Source: a virus (Duplodnaviria; Caudoviricetes). Taken from it: a stretch of 64,000 bases of DNA. Below are positions 63,685-64,000 of the stretch, one piece after another. Position numbers and translations under genes: made by a program. The DNA is taken from the IMG/VR virus record IMGVR_UViG_3300034069_002177, positions 138,738-202,737 of that record. One strand, written 5' to 3'. The notes below the pieces were generated by a model. That model saw nothing but the letters and a program-made list of their open reading frames with translations, was not told where the DNA came from and ran no database searches. Position 1 is the first letter of the stretch. Each line of letters begins with the position of its first letter.

Positions 63685-63715
63685 ATCTGTGTGCTAGCAT
63701 ACGGACGAACGTCGA

Positions 63716-64000
63716 ATGGAGAATGAAATGGGTTCAGAACCAGAATGGGGCTTCGGAGGCGAAGCGCCTAAGAAGAAGAGTAATGCCAAGGAAGCTGTTG
63801 CGAATACAGCTTTGCTAGTAGCGGGGTTCCTTTTGTTCCTCGTTTACGGCATCTACAAGCTAGTAGATCCGAGTGCACACATTGGCGAATCGGGCATTAG
63901 CATCTTGCTCAATGTGATCGGGTTTATTGGTCTCGTCACTATCATCGTCGGTCTAGTCCGCATTCGAGCCTACAACCGTCGCAAGACTAGGGGCTATTAA
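63716..64000 (+). CDS. Small two-TM membrane protein
   Basis: 94 aa, two hydrophobic helices, stop at the window end; extended -10 TGC-TAGCAT at 63692-63700. Confidence 0.65.
   Translation: MENEMGSEPEWGFGGEAPKKKSNAKEAVANTALLVAGFLLFLVYGIYKLVDPSAHIGESGISILLNVIGFIGLVTIIVGLVRIRAYNRRKTRGY

Larger units (their letters stand above)
1..64000. mobile_element. Segment of a large conjugative plasmid-like element of an actinobacterium carrying its own replisome
   Basis: Conjugation genes (VirB4-, VirD4-, TcpC-, TcpE-, VirB6-like) are interleaved with replication genes. No ribosomal, metabolic or phage structural genes. The gene order is unlike a chromosome (dnaN is not next to dnaA; dnaX sits between transfer genes). 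Confidence 0.8.

Noticed and set aside
1-64000. Jumbo phage or host chromosome as the source
   Set aside because: No virion, terminase or lysis genes and no ribosomal or metabolic genes, while conjugation genes are present. This cannot be fully excluded without the flanking sequence.

Overview
This is a 64-kb stretch of a large actinobacterial extrachromosomal element, most likely a conjugative megaplasmid. GC is roughly 50-55% by eye (not computed). I support about 46 CDS, all on the + strand except ligA, its downstream partner and dnaB. Three modules are interleaved. (1) A near-complete private replication/repair set: LigA, DnaX, a DnaC-like loader with a putative initiator, DnaE, DnaB, SSB, DnaN, a ParE/ParC-like type IIA topoisomerase, SbcC/SbcD, SNF2 and DinG helicases, and an Fe-S PD-(D/E)XK nuclease. 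(2) A Gram-positive Tcp-like conjugation set: TcpC-, VirB4-, pilin-, TcpE- and VirB6-like proteins, a VirD4-like coupling ATPase, a Replic_Relax-type candidate relaxase and an FtsK/TcpA-like translocase. (3) Accessory genes: a WhiB-like regulator, a MoxR/vWA pair, two lipoproteins and several hypotheticals with N-terminal Cys/His zinc knuckles. WhiB, TGn-TAnnnT promoters, PafBC-type motifs and the topoisomerase type point to an Actinomycetota host. I recognised no rRNA, tRNA, CRISPR array, transposase, integrase, intein or phage structural gene. The most novel signals are: PafBC-type DNA-damage promoter motifs specifically in front of the zinc-knuckle genes; a motor-less paralog of the FtsK stalk fused in operon to FtsK; a promoter-in-hairpin switch over the dnaX RBS; DnaA boxes over the whiB promoter; and a degenerate MoxR/vWA pair split between the transfer and replication operons. 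All family calls come from motif recognition by eye; no database search was run.
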